Origin: Octopus bimaculoides
Taxonomy: Eukaryota
Direction: 5' to 3'
DNA: 64,000 bases
Assembly (NCBI RefSeq): GCF_001194135.2
Contig: NC_068981.1
Coordinates: forward strand, 188,056,847 to 188,120,846
Shown: positions 1 to 12,696 of the stretch, piece after piece
Numbering within the stretch: position 1 is the stretch's first letter
How the letters are laid out: every line of letters starts with the position of its first letter
The notes under the pieces: generated by a model
What the model saw: the letters and a program-made list of their open reading frames with translations, nothing else
What the model was told of the DNA's origin: nothing
Database searches by the model: none
Translations under genes and position numbers: made by a program

Positions 1-27
1 ATATATATATATATATATATATATATA

Positions 28-400
28 GGCGCAGGAGTGGCTCTGTGGTAAGTAGCTTGCTTACCAACCACTTGGTTCCGGGTTCAGTCCCACTGCTTGA
101 AACCTTAGGTAAGTGTCTTCTACTATGCCCGCGGGCTGATTTGACAGACGGAAACTGAAAGAAGCCCGTCGTATATATATATATATGTGTGTGTGTATGT
201 TTGTGCGTCTGTCCCCTCTACGATCGCTTGACAACCGATGCTGGTATGTTTACGTCCCCGTAACCTAGCGGTTCAGCAAAAGGGATATTAGAATAAGTAC
301 TAGGCTTAGAAAGAATAAGTCTTGGGGGCGATTTGTTCGAGTAGAGTCGGTGCTCCAGCATGACCGCAGTCAAATGACTGAAACAAAGAAATAAAAGAAT
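28..400 (+). mobile_element. tRNA-derived SINE, local type A (full length, internal (TA)/(TG) microsatellite)
   Basis: Head GGCGCAGGAGTGGCTCTGTGG (A-box) ... GGTTCAGTCCC (B-box), central TA/TG tract, 3' half GACAACCGATGCTGG...CAAATGACTGAAAC; collinear with copy at 63180-63566. Confidence 0.85.
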
Positions 401-627
401 AAATACATATGCATATACATGCATGTACGGGTACAGGACACCACCAACGCTGCAAATAACATGAAAAACGTAAACAAACGAGTGGAAAACGAGTGAAATA
501 CGTAAACAACGAGAAAAAAAAAATGGTAAACTGGACAATTTCTCGTTGTTTACGTATTTCATGTTCTTTGCACTGCTGGTGATGTCTTGTGCCCATATAT
601 GCATGTATATACACACGCACAGACACA

Positions 628-691
<64 letters not shown>

Positions 692-2293
692 ATCGGTCAG
701 TTTTTCATAAGTCAGAAAAAATGCGCACACTAAAAGCATTTTTGAGCAGTAATATTCTATATAATGGTTGGTTATTATTAGTCAGAAAGTTACCATTGGG
801 TTCACGTCTATTATTGCTCTTAGCAATACAGTTCCCGTTCTACTAGGTCGCCAGCAATAATAGACCTGAAACCATTAGTAACTTTCTAACCGGATATAAC
901 CAACGTCCACATTATATATATATATATATTATAATCTATAGGATTTGTGGCTGAGTGGATACCGCACTGAACAACCTTGTTAAGATCAATTCATGTCTTG
1001 TTACAGATACTACATTGTGTGGTGGCTATTCACTTGACTGAAGATGTATACAAGAGAAAAAGAGCATCTAAATGCACTAAGCAACGGTGGTAGTCTCAAA
1101 CTGGTTAGTTGTTAATTACCAATTAACAGTGCTGATTTTAGCTTCCGTGGAACTTGCGAATAATATCTAATAGTCATTCGCTGTTCAGGATTGTCTTGCC
1201 TTCTCGGCGTTCCATGCAATTTGGATCGGAACGGTCCCTATGCAAATTTGCCATTAGGTTTGTTATGATTGCACAGGAAACCATCATGAATACATACCTG
1301 TCACTAAGTGGACGGTTTCCTCGGACAGTCTCTTTGCTGATCGATTAATAATGCAAATTGAACCTAACAGAAATCGCAAATAATTTATAGCTGTTATGTT
1401 TCGTACATCAGACGGACATTTCGGCTCTGTACATAACATTTTAATTTATGCTTGTACAGTTAGATCAGTATATTATATCTAATTACGAATTATGAACATT
1501 TTACATTGACTTTCGTGAAAACTGACAGAGCACATAAAATCTCTCATACTCTAATGTTTAAACGATGAAGCATTAACAAAACAGCTCCTTTCGGATACTT
1601 CCATTATCCAGTTTGCATAATAAATGAATAATCATAAAGGTATTTATATGGTTTTCACAAAAGTGTGTCATTTCTTTCAGTGACAGCGTTCGTTTGTAAT
1701 CTTGATTCCTTCTAAATTTCCATTGCAATATCTTAATGGATGAAATGCATCAATACCGAATCATTCGGAGTTAAATTCTAATTCTTCACAGCCAGTTAAT
1801 ATTTACATATATTCGACATGCACCTAGTTGCTTGTCTACTGACATGCAGATATATGCATAAAGTGTTTGCATGTATTCGTTTCAAAATATCTGACGATCA
1901 ACTCTGTTATTAACTTAAATGGATTCCATTTAAATTGACAGACACGATCGCTTAGAACGCGGCAATCTATCAAGCTATTTGATGGAAATTTGATAATCAA
2001 TTTACAGATCAAATGTAGAGTATATTTTATAGAAAATCCTGTATTACTACTCATGTCACTACAGAAATATTTTATGATGCTAAAGAGCACATTTTATTAC
2101 GCTCTTACACCTCAGCTGTGGTTCTGCTTTAGATTACATAATTTGAAACAGCCTTTATACAATAATCGATTTATTCCTTCTAAAACTAGATCACTGATGC
2201 TATATAAAATGGAATTTGCTATATGAACTGGAACTGTAGTACAGTAAGTGGAAGCCTGATAAATCTGTGGATTTCTCCAAATCTGTGTTTCAG

Positions 2294-2442
2294 TAAATAT
2301 GCGAAGAAATTGCTTTAATATCTTGAAACTTGGCAGCAGACAGAAAACTTTGAGAATTATTCTGATATTCATAATTGGCTTGGGGACTTTTCTTAATATT
2401 GTCTGCTTCTGTGAATCGAGTTGTCATAAAGTTGTGTATCAG
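2294..2442 (+). CDS. Candidate exon with hydrophobic (signal/TM) segment, MRRNCF...LRIILIFIIGLGTFLNIV...VVYQ
   Basis: Acceptor tgtgtttcag at 2293, ATG 2299, open frame, donor cag|gtaaat at 2443 (phase 0). No homology recognised; could be chance. Confidence 0.25.
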
Positions 2443-3360
2443 GTAAATTAACCGTAAATAGAGGTAATAGCGAGCAGGTTTCAGCATAGTATTAAATTAT
2501 AAGAGCAGTTTGTGAGCAGAGCTTTTGTTGCGTGAAATTTGTCACGTACTTGTATTTACGATATTAATGGTGGCTCAGGACACGAAATGGTGTTTATCTC
2601 GTGGTTATAAAATGAATTTGCTCAAGCTACGATCAACCGCTTTGTTGTCATCTTATAGATTGCTTCTCTTAAATTGGAAGCCAAAATGTCCCTGAAATAA
2701 TCATTTCCTTACTTTTGATACAAAATATAAATAAATAGATATATAAAATGATTTCCGTGATTAAAAACAGGTTGACTACACCATTTCCTAATACAGATTA
2801 TCATTCAATAGTAACCTCATTTGCTATTCTATTTAACTCAACTGACAACTTTAAATTCCATTTTTGTTTTGTCTTTGTTGATGAGACCAGTAAGCTTATC
2901 CAATCTCCTACTTCTTTTCCAATCTCTTTTCCGGTCTGTCTGTTCTCTCTCATCTTTGTTATCTGATCAATTGCTTGTCTCGTTTCTTATACATTCTTAT
3001 TGTCTTTTGCTCCTATTTCAACCATTCTTTTCCTTAGTGTTTGAAAAATTAATAATGATCGTGAGCCATTGGAGAATTCCAACACAGAGCATCACGAAAA
3101 TCTTTGAATTCTAGTACTAACTATATTTTCTTTATAGTAGTATTCCAGTTATTGTCGCAGCTATAAATTTTATACAAGCAAATAGCAATAAATATTTTGT
3201 GAGTTATCTGTTTGCTTTTTTTATGGGACGCAATTTGAGAAATAAAGTTTGTAACAGAATCCGTTAGAAAATCTATCTGCCTGTTATCGTTAAATGAATG
3301 CGATCTGAAATAACACTTGGCAGCAAATTTCAGCTTTTCTTTTATTTTGCATCTGTTATA

Positions 3361-5424
3361 GACATGGGAACTTCTATTTCATACTAAATCGGCAATGCTG
3401 AATTCGGATCTGTTAACGAAATTTCCCCATTATTTCCAAATTTTGTGTAACCGAAGATCTCTACCCAACATTTTTTCTCCATCTCCACTTGCTTGAACAG
3501 ACTCTGTTGCTTTTCAGTTCCATGATTTATGGTAGTAATACTTAAATAATGTTCGCAGCGATTTCTTTCGTTCTACTGGCTTAGGACACACAGTGGAGAT
3601 TTAATAGCAGAGATACCCTATCTCTGCGCTGTAGAAAGATAAATACATATTGGGAAACGAGACTCTATTGTATTCTCTTCTTTTGTAATTTGTGGAATTG
3701 TGAGCTCTCTTTCCGCAGTCATCAACAATAATTCCACAGGAATTTTGGTTTCAATTCCTTTGATATCTGCGTTGCGTAATAGATCTACTGATGGATATCT
3801 TCGTCGCTGATAGCTGCAAGATGTTTCGAAAAGTGGTCAATGGAAGAAAGTAAAAAAGATATCCATTTTAAGAAACGTTCTAGATTCTGTTTTCATTAAA
3901 TTTCAGCAGGTTATCAACCAATTTTCAGCTCCATGTTTCTCATGGAAATATTTCTGCAACTTCAACAGAAGGAGTGCAAAGTGTTCATTCCGTCGAATTT
4001 ACTTGAATGGAAAATGCTAAGTCGTAGATCGCACAACGCATTTGTACTCCAGTGAAAACTCCAATGTCAGTCTTTGCATCTGTCAGTATTCCATCGAATT
4101 GTTCTTTTCCATGTCGAAGACTACTGCACTGAGGACCTATACACTCTGACAATCTTTCATGAGGCAAAGTTTTATGTGAACTGATGGAAGATTTTTCAAT
4201 GGTTAGACCAGAACTTGGTGTTACACATTATATTCACCAATAATGCTTTTAGTTCTAGATGGCCAGTCATGCTTTTTCTATCGAGTTTTATCTCTACTGC
4301 TACATAAAAACAAATAGCATAAATTTTTGTCGTCTAATTGTGAGCCTAGAAGTAATGATATAACTAAGGATTCCATAAGTTTTTCGATTGTGCTCATTGT
4401 ATTTAATGAGCCTTAGTAGTAGTTCATGGATTCATAAGTCTCACCAAGGCCTTGGCATGTGTTACACTTATTGAAGATTTCTTAACTGGCAATGTACAGT
4501 AAGATAATTTCCAGAATCACCTTAATAGAGTCAATGAAAATCTCCACACTTTGAGATCATAGTTACACCTAATCTGTGACATTAGGTCAACGACATCATT
4601 GCAGAAGCTAACACTTTTCTCCTTTAAGTAAATTGGTTTCAAATTTTGGCACAAGGCCAGTAAGTTCGGGGAAGCGGGTAAATCGATTACATCGACCCCA
4701 GTGTTCATCTAGTATTTATTTTATCGACGCTGAAAGGCAAAGTCGATCTTAGCGGAATTTGGAATGAGAACGTAAAGACGAACGAAATACCGCTAAGCAT
4801 TTTCTCCGCCTTATCTCCTTTAAGTAAATTGATGAATATTTCATGTGATGATGGCGAAAATTAAAATGCATAGAAAACTGAAACCTGCAACTAAGTCATT
4901 TCTGTTTGTTCTTTCATTAATTCTAATCTTGCGCCAAGTCATTTAATTTCTTGACTTTAGAGGATGTGGGGAACCATCGTCTTCTGGAAAATATGGTTAT
5001 TTTATTTTGTTTCTAAATCACTAGTTGAATCGTCAGTAAGAGCTATAGGTCTAACTTACAACCAAAATAGTACTTGCAACCAAGGTTCATCATTTAAGGT
5101 GTCTCTGATTTTCTTCGTAGATGCATGTGTTCAAAGAAATAACAGATGTTGCTCGGGTGATATACGTCAACACATCTCTTTGATGCCATTCTGAGTCCCT
5201 CACACTAGATATGGAGATGTAATTAAGATATGCCACGTTATACGTCTGATTGTCACGTGAGAAGAAACAACATTGTACATATTAAGTTCGATTGATAAAC
5301 CAAATAACTAGAATTTAATTTCATAAAAAAATTTGATGCGCAAAGAATAATTCTAAATACAGATTTGAAGTCAACGTACCAAAATTACCCAGAAACCAAT
5401 AACAAAATATTTGTTGCTTAATGT
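3361..5424 (-). mobile_element. Decayed Chapaev-like (CMC superfamily) DNA transposon
   Basis: Minus-strand fragments with stops/frameshifts: MASKRC..ICYF..YFGCKL (ATG 5189), KLNDLAQD, FCNDVVDLM..VWRF, ETYESM..LIKYNEHN..VISLLLGSQL, HDWPSR, LPSVHIKLCLMK, LTDAK..GVFTGVQMR, HFSKHLAAISDE, LWNYC; degenerate terminal similarity (gctgaattcggatctg vs cagatttgaagtcaac). Confidence 0.8.
4636..4813 (-). mobile_element. SINE type B inserted in the Chapaev-like transposase, 18-bp TSD
   Basis: Type B sequence (gagttcaaattcc-like B-box region, ttgtgcc tail on minus); flanked by identical tctcctttaagtaaattg at 4618-4635 and 4814-4831. Confidence 0.85.
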
Positions 5425-5879
5425 AATCATTGTTTTATAGATTTTATGCATGGTCATTAATATGTCTTTCATAAGCTCCTGTTTATACAGTTTCGAAACT
5501 ATAATCCTTATATGGTTGCTCTAGCAACAAAGAAGCGTTTCTAGAGGAATTTATCGATACAATCTTCGTCCTGCAGTCCTTGAAATCAAAGAGAGAGAGA
5601 GAGGGGGGGGGGTGAGAGGAAGGGGGAGTTGTTCAATGACATTGTAATCTTTAGTATAATACAGGGATGTCTTTATATTTAATTACTTGTCTTATAACTT
5701 ACGACATTCCAATTATTTCACAGAATGTGAAGGAGAATATTGAATACAAACTCTATTTTAATGTATGGATTGATAAATAGAACTAACAGCATTATATATT
5801 TTGGAATAGTGTTGTATTTATTTTCTTTTTTTGCTTGCTGAGTCTGGAAGAAGGGCCTCGCAGGCCTCCAACACTGGTA

Positions 5880-6720
5880 AAACTTACGATAAAGATGTGA
5901 GCAGGAAGATTGCAGAAGGCCGATGTGTTGGGAAGACGGATTGAACAGAGTGATTAGAGCGTGGAAAGTGGTGTTGGACGCTACAAGGAGGAGGAGAGGT
6001 GAAGAAATGAATATATCGAGGGCGCCTCACTAGTTGAGGGTCGAGACCAGCCAACTGCGAGATGGAGAGACAATTAGTGATACACAAGACAGAGAGGAGA
6101 CAGCACGCTTGAAGGTGTAAGGCTGGAGGGTTTGTTGGTGGTAGTATGTCAGTCAACGGAATGACCTGGCTCTTTCCCTGGATGCAGCCTAAGATGTCAG
6201 TGTGCTTAATAACAGTCCTGTCATAGACATATGTGGGCGCTGTACTCCACTGTAGCCCAGATTTGAACTTTGTAGGATTTCAGCAGCTGTTGGGAACTGT
6301 ATATTTTCTAGTCCTAAAGAGAAGGGCTAGTCCTTGAGATTCGGTTCTAACTATGCTGAGGATGTGCTTTCTCCTGGAGTGATCTTAGCAACAGAGACGA
6401 GCAGCATTTAGAGTTGTGGTTCTCGACTATTTTAATATCCAGGTCAAATCCAAAACCTGGATATTTTCAAGGAGGCCGAGCGAAAGATAAAATTATATTT
6501 ATGGATGGGAGACCGTCGAAGGTCGCTGGATGGATGCTTGAGTTCCGCATGAAGCTCTGGGAACCTCGATTAAGAAATGCTGATTGGAAGCGATTGTGAG
6601 TGCTCTAGCTGAACGTTGAGTGCCACTACCGATAAGAAACGCGGTGGTACTTTCAAGGAGTGCTTAACACTTTATTGTTGTTCTAATTCATTTATTTTGC
6701 TGCTAAGGGAGACCAGGTTG
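5880..6720 (-). mobile_element. CR1-like LINE 3' fragment (RT C-terminal region), decayed
   Basis: Minus translations HILSIVRTESQGLALLFRTRKY and QLLKSYKVQIWATVEYSAHI resemble the CR1-group HISSIAK..QKLGFLFR / QLLTLYKAQIRP.LEYCSHIW motifs. Confidence 0.7.
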
Positions 6721-7472
6721 GTTTTGTCTCACTGAATAGTGTCTTCTAGGTGTATACTTATGGAGTCGATTCAGGTTTGACGTATAGCTGTTACATGAGT
6801 TCTGTCATCTAAATACAAGTATGCTGAAATATTAAAAAACAAATAAATAAAAGATGAGAGTGGTATTTCTGCATATAACTACACCCAAATATTTGTTGTA
6901 GATCACGTGAAACGCTTTTGAATTTCATTCTTTTGTACATAAGTATTGTTATTTCCATTAATTCTGCCTCATATTTCACCGTGTTGAAGAGATAAGTCTA
7001 AGGAACAAGGGAAATAACTCTAGCATGCTTATAGAAAATAGCGTTTGCCGATGTTAGTGATGCAACGAGATTGATAATTCGCTGAGATGAATGATAAAGG
7101 ATGAGAAAGATTGACAACTGAGGTGGAATCACAGATACTGTAGACACTAAGAATGAAAACGAGGAAGAAAAGGCACTTGCCTTTTTTTTATCTATTTCTT
7201 TCTTATTTTTTTTCAAAAGAAATTTGAAAGAATGNNNNNNNNNNNNNNNNNNNNNNNNNNNNNNNNNNNNNNNNNNNNNNNNNNNNNNNNNNNNNNNNNN
7301 NNNNNNNNNNNNNNNNNNNNNNNNNNNNNNNNNNNNNNNNNNNNNNNNNNNNNNNNNNNNNNNNNNNNNNNNNNNNNNNNNNNNNNNNNNNNNNNNNNNN
7401 NNNNNNNNNNNNNNNNNNNNNNNNNNNNNNNNNNNNNNNNNNNNNNNNNNNNNNNNNNNNNAGAGAGAGATG

Positions 7473-7506
<34 letters not shown>

Positions 7507-7805
7507 GAGCGAGAGAGAGAGAGAGGTGGGTTGGTGGAAATATTAATACATTATTCAGTTGATGTCCATTATTGACAATGACTGCAGGGGCATATTTTGT
7601 AAGACACAACAAAAAAAAAATGTATATGTGATGAATTTGTATGCTTACGTCTTTTAATTCTATCGGCAATCCTACTCGCAAACACACACATACACACACA
7701 CCCATGTCTATCTATCTATCTATCTATAGAGAGATATAATAACTATGATTATATATTATTTATGTAATAATATATATAAATATATAAATAATATATTTAT
7801 GCAAT

Positions 7806-7837
<32 letters not shown>

Positions 7838-8022
7838 GCACCTTGGGCAAGTGTCTTCTACTTCAGCCCCTCACAAAGTCTTGTGAGTTAATTTAGTAGA
7901 CGGAAATCGGTTTTGGTTTGCTTACGACACCATAACTTAACAGTTCAACAAAAAGGGAATAACAATAAGTACTGCGGTTGATATGCTCAACTACACTCTT
8001 GAAGGCACAAACTTCTAATATC

Positions 8023-8232
8023 TTTTTCTAGGCACAAGGCCCGAAATTTTTGGGGGAGTGAGCCAGTCGATTATATTGACCCCAGTACGCATCTGGTACT
8101 TAATTTATCGATTTCGAAAGGATGAAAGACAAAGTCGACCTCGGCGGAATTTGAACTCAGAACGTAAAGACAGACGAAATACCGCAAAGCATTTCACCCG
8201 GCGTGCTAACGTTTTGGCCAGCTTACCGCCTT
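8023..8232 (-). mobile_element. SINE type B
   Basis: Reverse complement of AGGCGGTAAGCTGGCC..GTTAGCACGCCGGG..GAGTTCAAATTCCGCCGAGGTCGACTTTG..CCTTGTGCCTAG. Confidence 0.85.
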
Positions 8233-8845
8233 CAAACTTTTAATATAAACTGGAGAATGATCTATGATATAACTGTACTCGAAATTCCAGATACATTAAT
8301 TAATGTGGCAAAAAACAACCTTTTACTGAACAATATTTTAACCTTGACGTAAATTTCAAATTAAAGTTACTTCTCTCTCTATCTCTGTCTGTCTTTCTCT
8401 CTCCTTTCGCCCCCCTCTCTCTCCACACATACAACTAATGTACTATGAATAATAAAGACTTTCTCCTAGTGAGATAGTATCACTATATACCTCCCTTACC
8501 TGTAAAGAGAATAATTTAATGTAAATACAATGTAATTTATATACACCGAGATCCTTGGTTATTTTGTACTGAAGAGTCTCAACCAAATAGAAACAGTAGC
8601 TATATGCAAATATTAAAGACTTGGTAGTTGACACGAAAGAAAGAAAAGAAAAAAGGAAATTTGATTAAATCAATGCATAATAGCCTGAAAATATTGTGGT
8701 AAAAAACCCTTTCGCTAGCAAAGTCGAAGGATGCCCCTATCCAAAAGAATTTTTTAACCCAAGATTCACATGTTATTATTGAGCGTTGAGAGCTAAATTA
8801 TTTCGTATCTTCTAGAACTTTATAAATACTGTTAGTTACATAATA

Positions 8846-9066
8846 TACGAGGGGGTGCTGAAACGGTCCCAGATTTAAGGGTTTCGTGAAAGGCCTGCTT
8901 GGAGGCTCAACCTTCTGTGTTCTTTTACATGGTTTAGAAAAACTGAAGGCCTGCTGCAGCAAGTTTGTGAATCTGAGGGGAATATGTTGAATAAAATCAT
9001 GATTAACTGATCCTCCTTTATTTCCTTTCACCCAAAGCCAGAACCTTTTCAGCTCCACGCCTCGTT
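8846..9066 (+). mobile_element. Mariner-derived MITE (~220 bp)
   Basis: TIR tacgagggggtgctgaaa...ttttcagctccacgcctcgt; retains mariner C-terminus GLEKL..CSKFVNLRGEYVE*; second copy at 54890-55110. Confidence 0.8.
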
Positions 9067-9161
9067 TATTTTACTTTTCTCTTACGAAAAGGATGTAATA
9101 GATTCCTGGCAAATCCATTCCGTCCTTGATGTAGAAAAGAGTAAAGTGTCGGCATAAAACC

Positions 9162-9200
<39 letters not shown>

Positions 9201-10124
9201 TGAGATTTCGTGTATCTCCAGTTTCTGTTTTTTCTTTATGTTGACATCGCTTGAAAAACGCTGTTCTGTGTTTATGTAATCTAGTTGTCCAGCTAATAAG
9301 AATCAATAATTATTATTTAGATAATGAGGAATAGTAAAGAGAGATAATGTGAAATGCTCATGCAACGGTGTCGTTTTTGTTGACGAAGATGTTTTCCGGT
9401 TCCATAGTATGTACTTGTCGATGTGTCTGTATTTCTCGAATACCTTTCATTTTGTATTTAAACACGGGTCTTGGATGAGAGAGTTTTGGCGAAACACTTT
9501 GTATCTAATATTGTAGCGTTTAGATGTTTTTACGATTTTCAATGTCATGCATTAGCTTGAACTCAATTATTCACTGAAGTAACCGACTTTTTGATTATCT
9601 ATTTGCTTCTGTGTGTTCTGTTTCCTTCGTTGGCTTTCTTTGGTGTGTTTGTCATTACTTGATTGTCACTTGTACATTTCGTTTATCTTTTCCCCAATAT
9701 GTTGTTTAACTCACAAAAATGGCAAAAGGTACATATTTTCACAACAAAAGTCAACCTATCTACTTGTGATTTGCGGTCTGGAAAGGAAGATTCTGAATAA
9801 CAATGCTAAGACAAAGTCAATTAAACTTATTTTTCATTCTGACAAGAAACGAAGAAAATATTCTTCTTTTTTAATCATTTACTACTTTCAGTTAGATTTT
9901 GCTAACAAATTCTTCTAAGTCTATATTGTGTTGATATAGTGAGATTGATTTTTCTTCATCTTCGAAAATAAACCATTATTGGCAATGTTTGATGTAAAAC
10001 AATTATATATTTCACATTTTATATCCATCTATTGGAAACATATTTAAGTTCGCCGAACATTTCTGTAGATATTTGAATAATATCAGGTTAATATTTCTGA
10101 AAATATATTATTGTCCGTGCCAGT

Positions 10125-10173
<49 letters not shown>

Positions 10174-11014
10174 GAGTTGAATGTTATTTGCGTATGCGCA
10201 AAAAATACACATCTGGACAAAGGATTATATTTCCAGATCGATAAAATATGTCCCACAACCTTATATCAATTCAGTTGCCTATATTACAACTCAGCAAAAA
10301 TAGACATTGCACTTAGTGAAAAGAAATTATTAATTGCCTTTTATTGCACAACTTTGCGCTTCCACGTCTACATAGTTTTGTGCATGTATGCATCCTCATG
10401 TACTCGATAGCTAGGTGTATCGTAGTTGGAGTATACTACATTTGTAACATAATACATTCGTCTCTCATAGAAACTCACCAATCAGGAAAATTGATCGCAT
10501 TTTTTCTCATGAAATTTATTCCTTCAGTCTATCTTTAGATATTTTTTTTTTATTCGTGCTGATGACTCCATTATTCTAACTTTCAATGACATACACAAGT
10601 TCTAAGATATAATTCAGTAACTCAGACAATCTCCTGACATTTGGCTACAAGCTACCTTCATCCATTAGTTTACATTCGGATCTCATGGAACATCGTTTAC
10701 ATCTAACCTGATCCGGTACAGAACACCCGTTGTTTGATGTTGACAAACAACGGGGGATGATTTTAGAATATAAACTTTGTTTTATCGCTTTGAATTTGAT
10801 CGCGACGAGGCACCGCTGAGACATTCCGTTGCAATCTAAATCTTCTGTGTAATGGTTCATTGAATTTCTTGTTTTTGTGTTAATTATTCAATTTTAGAGA
10901 CTGAAACATGCTGAAGAATAATTCACTGAATTAATGATGTTATATTGTAATTGCTAGAAACGTAGATTACACCATTAAACATAAAATGGACACAAATCTA
11001 TATACTGACAACTC

Positions 11015-11645
11015 AGACTTAATGACAAATTATCGAAATTATTCAGGTTGCCAACCAGGGATACTTTAGATTTTACTGATAACTCGCAAGCACAGCTTTA
11101 TGCATTAAATGAAAATCAATTTTTCATGGCCTATATCTCATTATGAAAAGCTACACTATAAATGATATGAATACTCTCGCTCAAGAAGATTTAGTGTTAT
11201 TACGGAGAACAATATTGCGCATAACAAGTAACATAACCAAGAGGAAATGTGTTGAAAGGAAATATGCACAGAATACCGTATAAGCGTTATTTTAAAACAT
11301 TTAATCATTAATAAGGATACTTTGGTTCAAGTTGTTTAGAAAGCTATCAAACAGAAATTTAGATGGAATCCATGGTTTCTTCTATATTGAAAGAGAGTGC
11401 TTTCAAAAGAAGTAACCAGTAGACTAATAGAAAAAAAAAATGCTAATTCAGAAAATAACTATGGCTCTAATACATGCTGTAATGAGACCTATTTTTTTAA
11501 TACTTAAGTGGATGTTTTCATCTGTATGATTACAAGGGAACTTTAACAATATGCTTTCAAAGATAACAAGTAAACTGTTTAGAAAAAAACCGAGCTTAGA
11601 GACACTGAGTTTGGAAAATAACTTGTTTTATTGCAGAGCTTCGTA
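11015..11645 (+). pseudogene. Possible decayed leucine-rich-repeat coding relic
   Basis: 11551-11634 reads MLSKITSKLFRKKPSLETLSLENNLFYC (LxxLxLxxNxF plus start of an LRR-CT cap); weaker LRR-like pieces upstream (TLDFTDN, LYALNENQF, ILKESAFK) broken by stops/frameshifts. Confidence 0.3.
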
Positions 11646-11703
11646 AGGCCGTCTTTTTAATTATCGAGGCCATAGACTTAAAGGCAATATATTATTTAAT
11701 ATT

Positions 11704-11900
11704 GGTTTCAAATTTTGGCACAAGGCCAGCAGTTCCAGAGGAAAGAGTAAACTGATTAAATCGACTCCAGTGCTCATCTGGTACTTATTTTATCGACCCC
11801 GAAACGATGTAAAGCAGTCAACCCTGGCAGAATTTGAATTCAGGGCTTACAAAAGGAATAAATGCCGCGAACGATTCTGACGCTAAGCATTTTGCCTTCA
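11704..11900 (-). mobile_element. SINE type B (left member of an inverted pair), 12-bp TSD
   Basis: Type B sequence on minus; ttatttaatatt at 11692-11703 and 11907-11918. Confidence 0.75.
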
Positions 11901-11929
11901 TGTTACTTATTTAATATTATCATAGTTTA

Positions 11930-12127
11930 AAAGCGGTGAGCTGGCAGAATCGTTAGCACGCCGGGTTAAATGCTTAGCGGCATTTCGTCTGTCCTTACGT
12001 TCTGAGTTCAAATTCCGTTGGCTTTATTCATTTCGGGGTCGATAAAACAATTACCTGTTCTTCCCGGGGGCTAATGTAATCGACTTACTCTTCCCCGAAT
12101 TTGCTGCCTTGTGCCAAAATTTTAAAC
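11930..12127 (+). mobile_element. SINE type B (right member of an inverted pair), 16-bp TSD
   Basis: GCGGTGAGCTGGCAGAATCGTTAGCACG head; taatattatcatagtt (11912-11927) vs taatattaccatagtt (12128-12143). Confidence 0.85.
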
Positions 12128-12141
12128 TAATATTACCATAG

Positions 12142-12572
12142 TTATTACTTCTACCTTAGCGAAGGTGGAGGTATTGTTTTCAGTTGCGTTTGTTTGTTTG
12201 TGTCCGTGGACAAGATATCTCAAGAACCGCTGGATGGATTCGGATGAAACTTTAAGGGATATTTGACCTCATGACTGGCACAAACAGATTAGATTTTGAG
12301 ATCTGTTTTTTTTTTTACCCATGCAGGCCAACATAGAGGGGAGGATTAGATTTTGGGATCGATCCGGTACCGGACAAGGATTCTAGATTATTTTCCTGAC
12401 TTTTTTTTTACTTAATTTTTGAGAGCGGTCGGGTTAGTTTTTAGTATTCTCGTTTGTGATAGCAGTCGGGTTTATTTCAGATATTCTTATTTAAAAAGAA
12501 AATCTCTGGCTAATCGTTGATAGGACGTTGGTGTTGCCTCGGCGGAACTTTGCGCTCTCTGAGTGCTCTTGT
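12142..12572 (+). mobile_element. Helentron-type non-autonomous element (HINE/DINE-like)
   Basis: 5' ttattac..ccttagcgaagg, internal (ttgt)n, 3' cctcggcgga sub-terminal repeat followed by a short GCGCTC-tct-GAGTGC stem-loop; T-rich ends. Confidence 0.6.
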
Positions 12573-12621
12573 TCAATATATAATGATTAAAACAAAACAT
12601 AATGTATTGAATATTGTATAG

Positions 12622-12696
12622 CCGAGGAAATTTATCGGATGGGGACGTTCAATTAAAATTTACGGAGAACCACTTGAATCAGTGGATATTGAAACT
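12622..12696 (+). CDS. Weak candidate exon (75 nt; PRKFIGWGRSIKIYGEPLESVDIET in phase 0)
   Basis: Acceptor tattgtatag, donor act|gtaagt, length divisible by 3; no homology recognised. Confidence 0.2.

Noticed and set aside
1127-1363. Two minus-strand exon-like segments (1298-1363 and 1127-1237)
   Set aside because: Phases do not join across the 60-nt gap and no protein family is recognisable.
1640-2450. hAT-like transposase relic (SKTRSL resembling KTRWLS; YLETW)
   Set aside because: Only short, out-of-order motif matches across frames; not enough to call without an alignment.
9086-9124. 39-nt minus-strand exon-like segment DGMDLPGIYYILF
   Set aside because: Isolated; such AG...GT matches are expected by chance in 64 kb.
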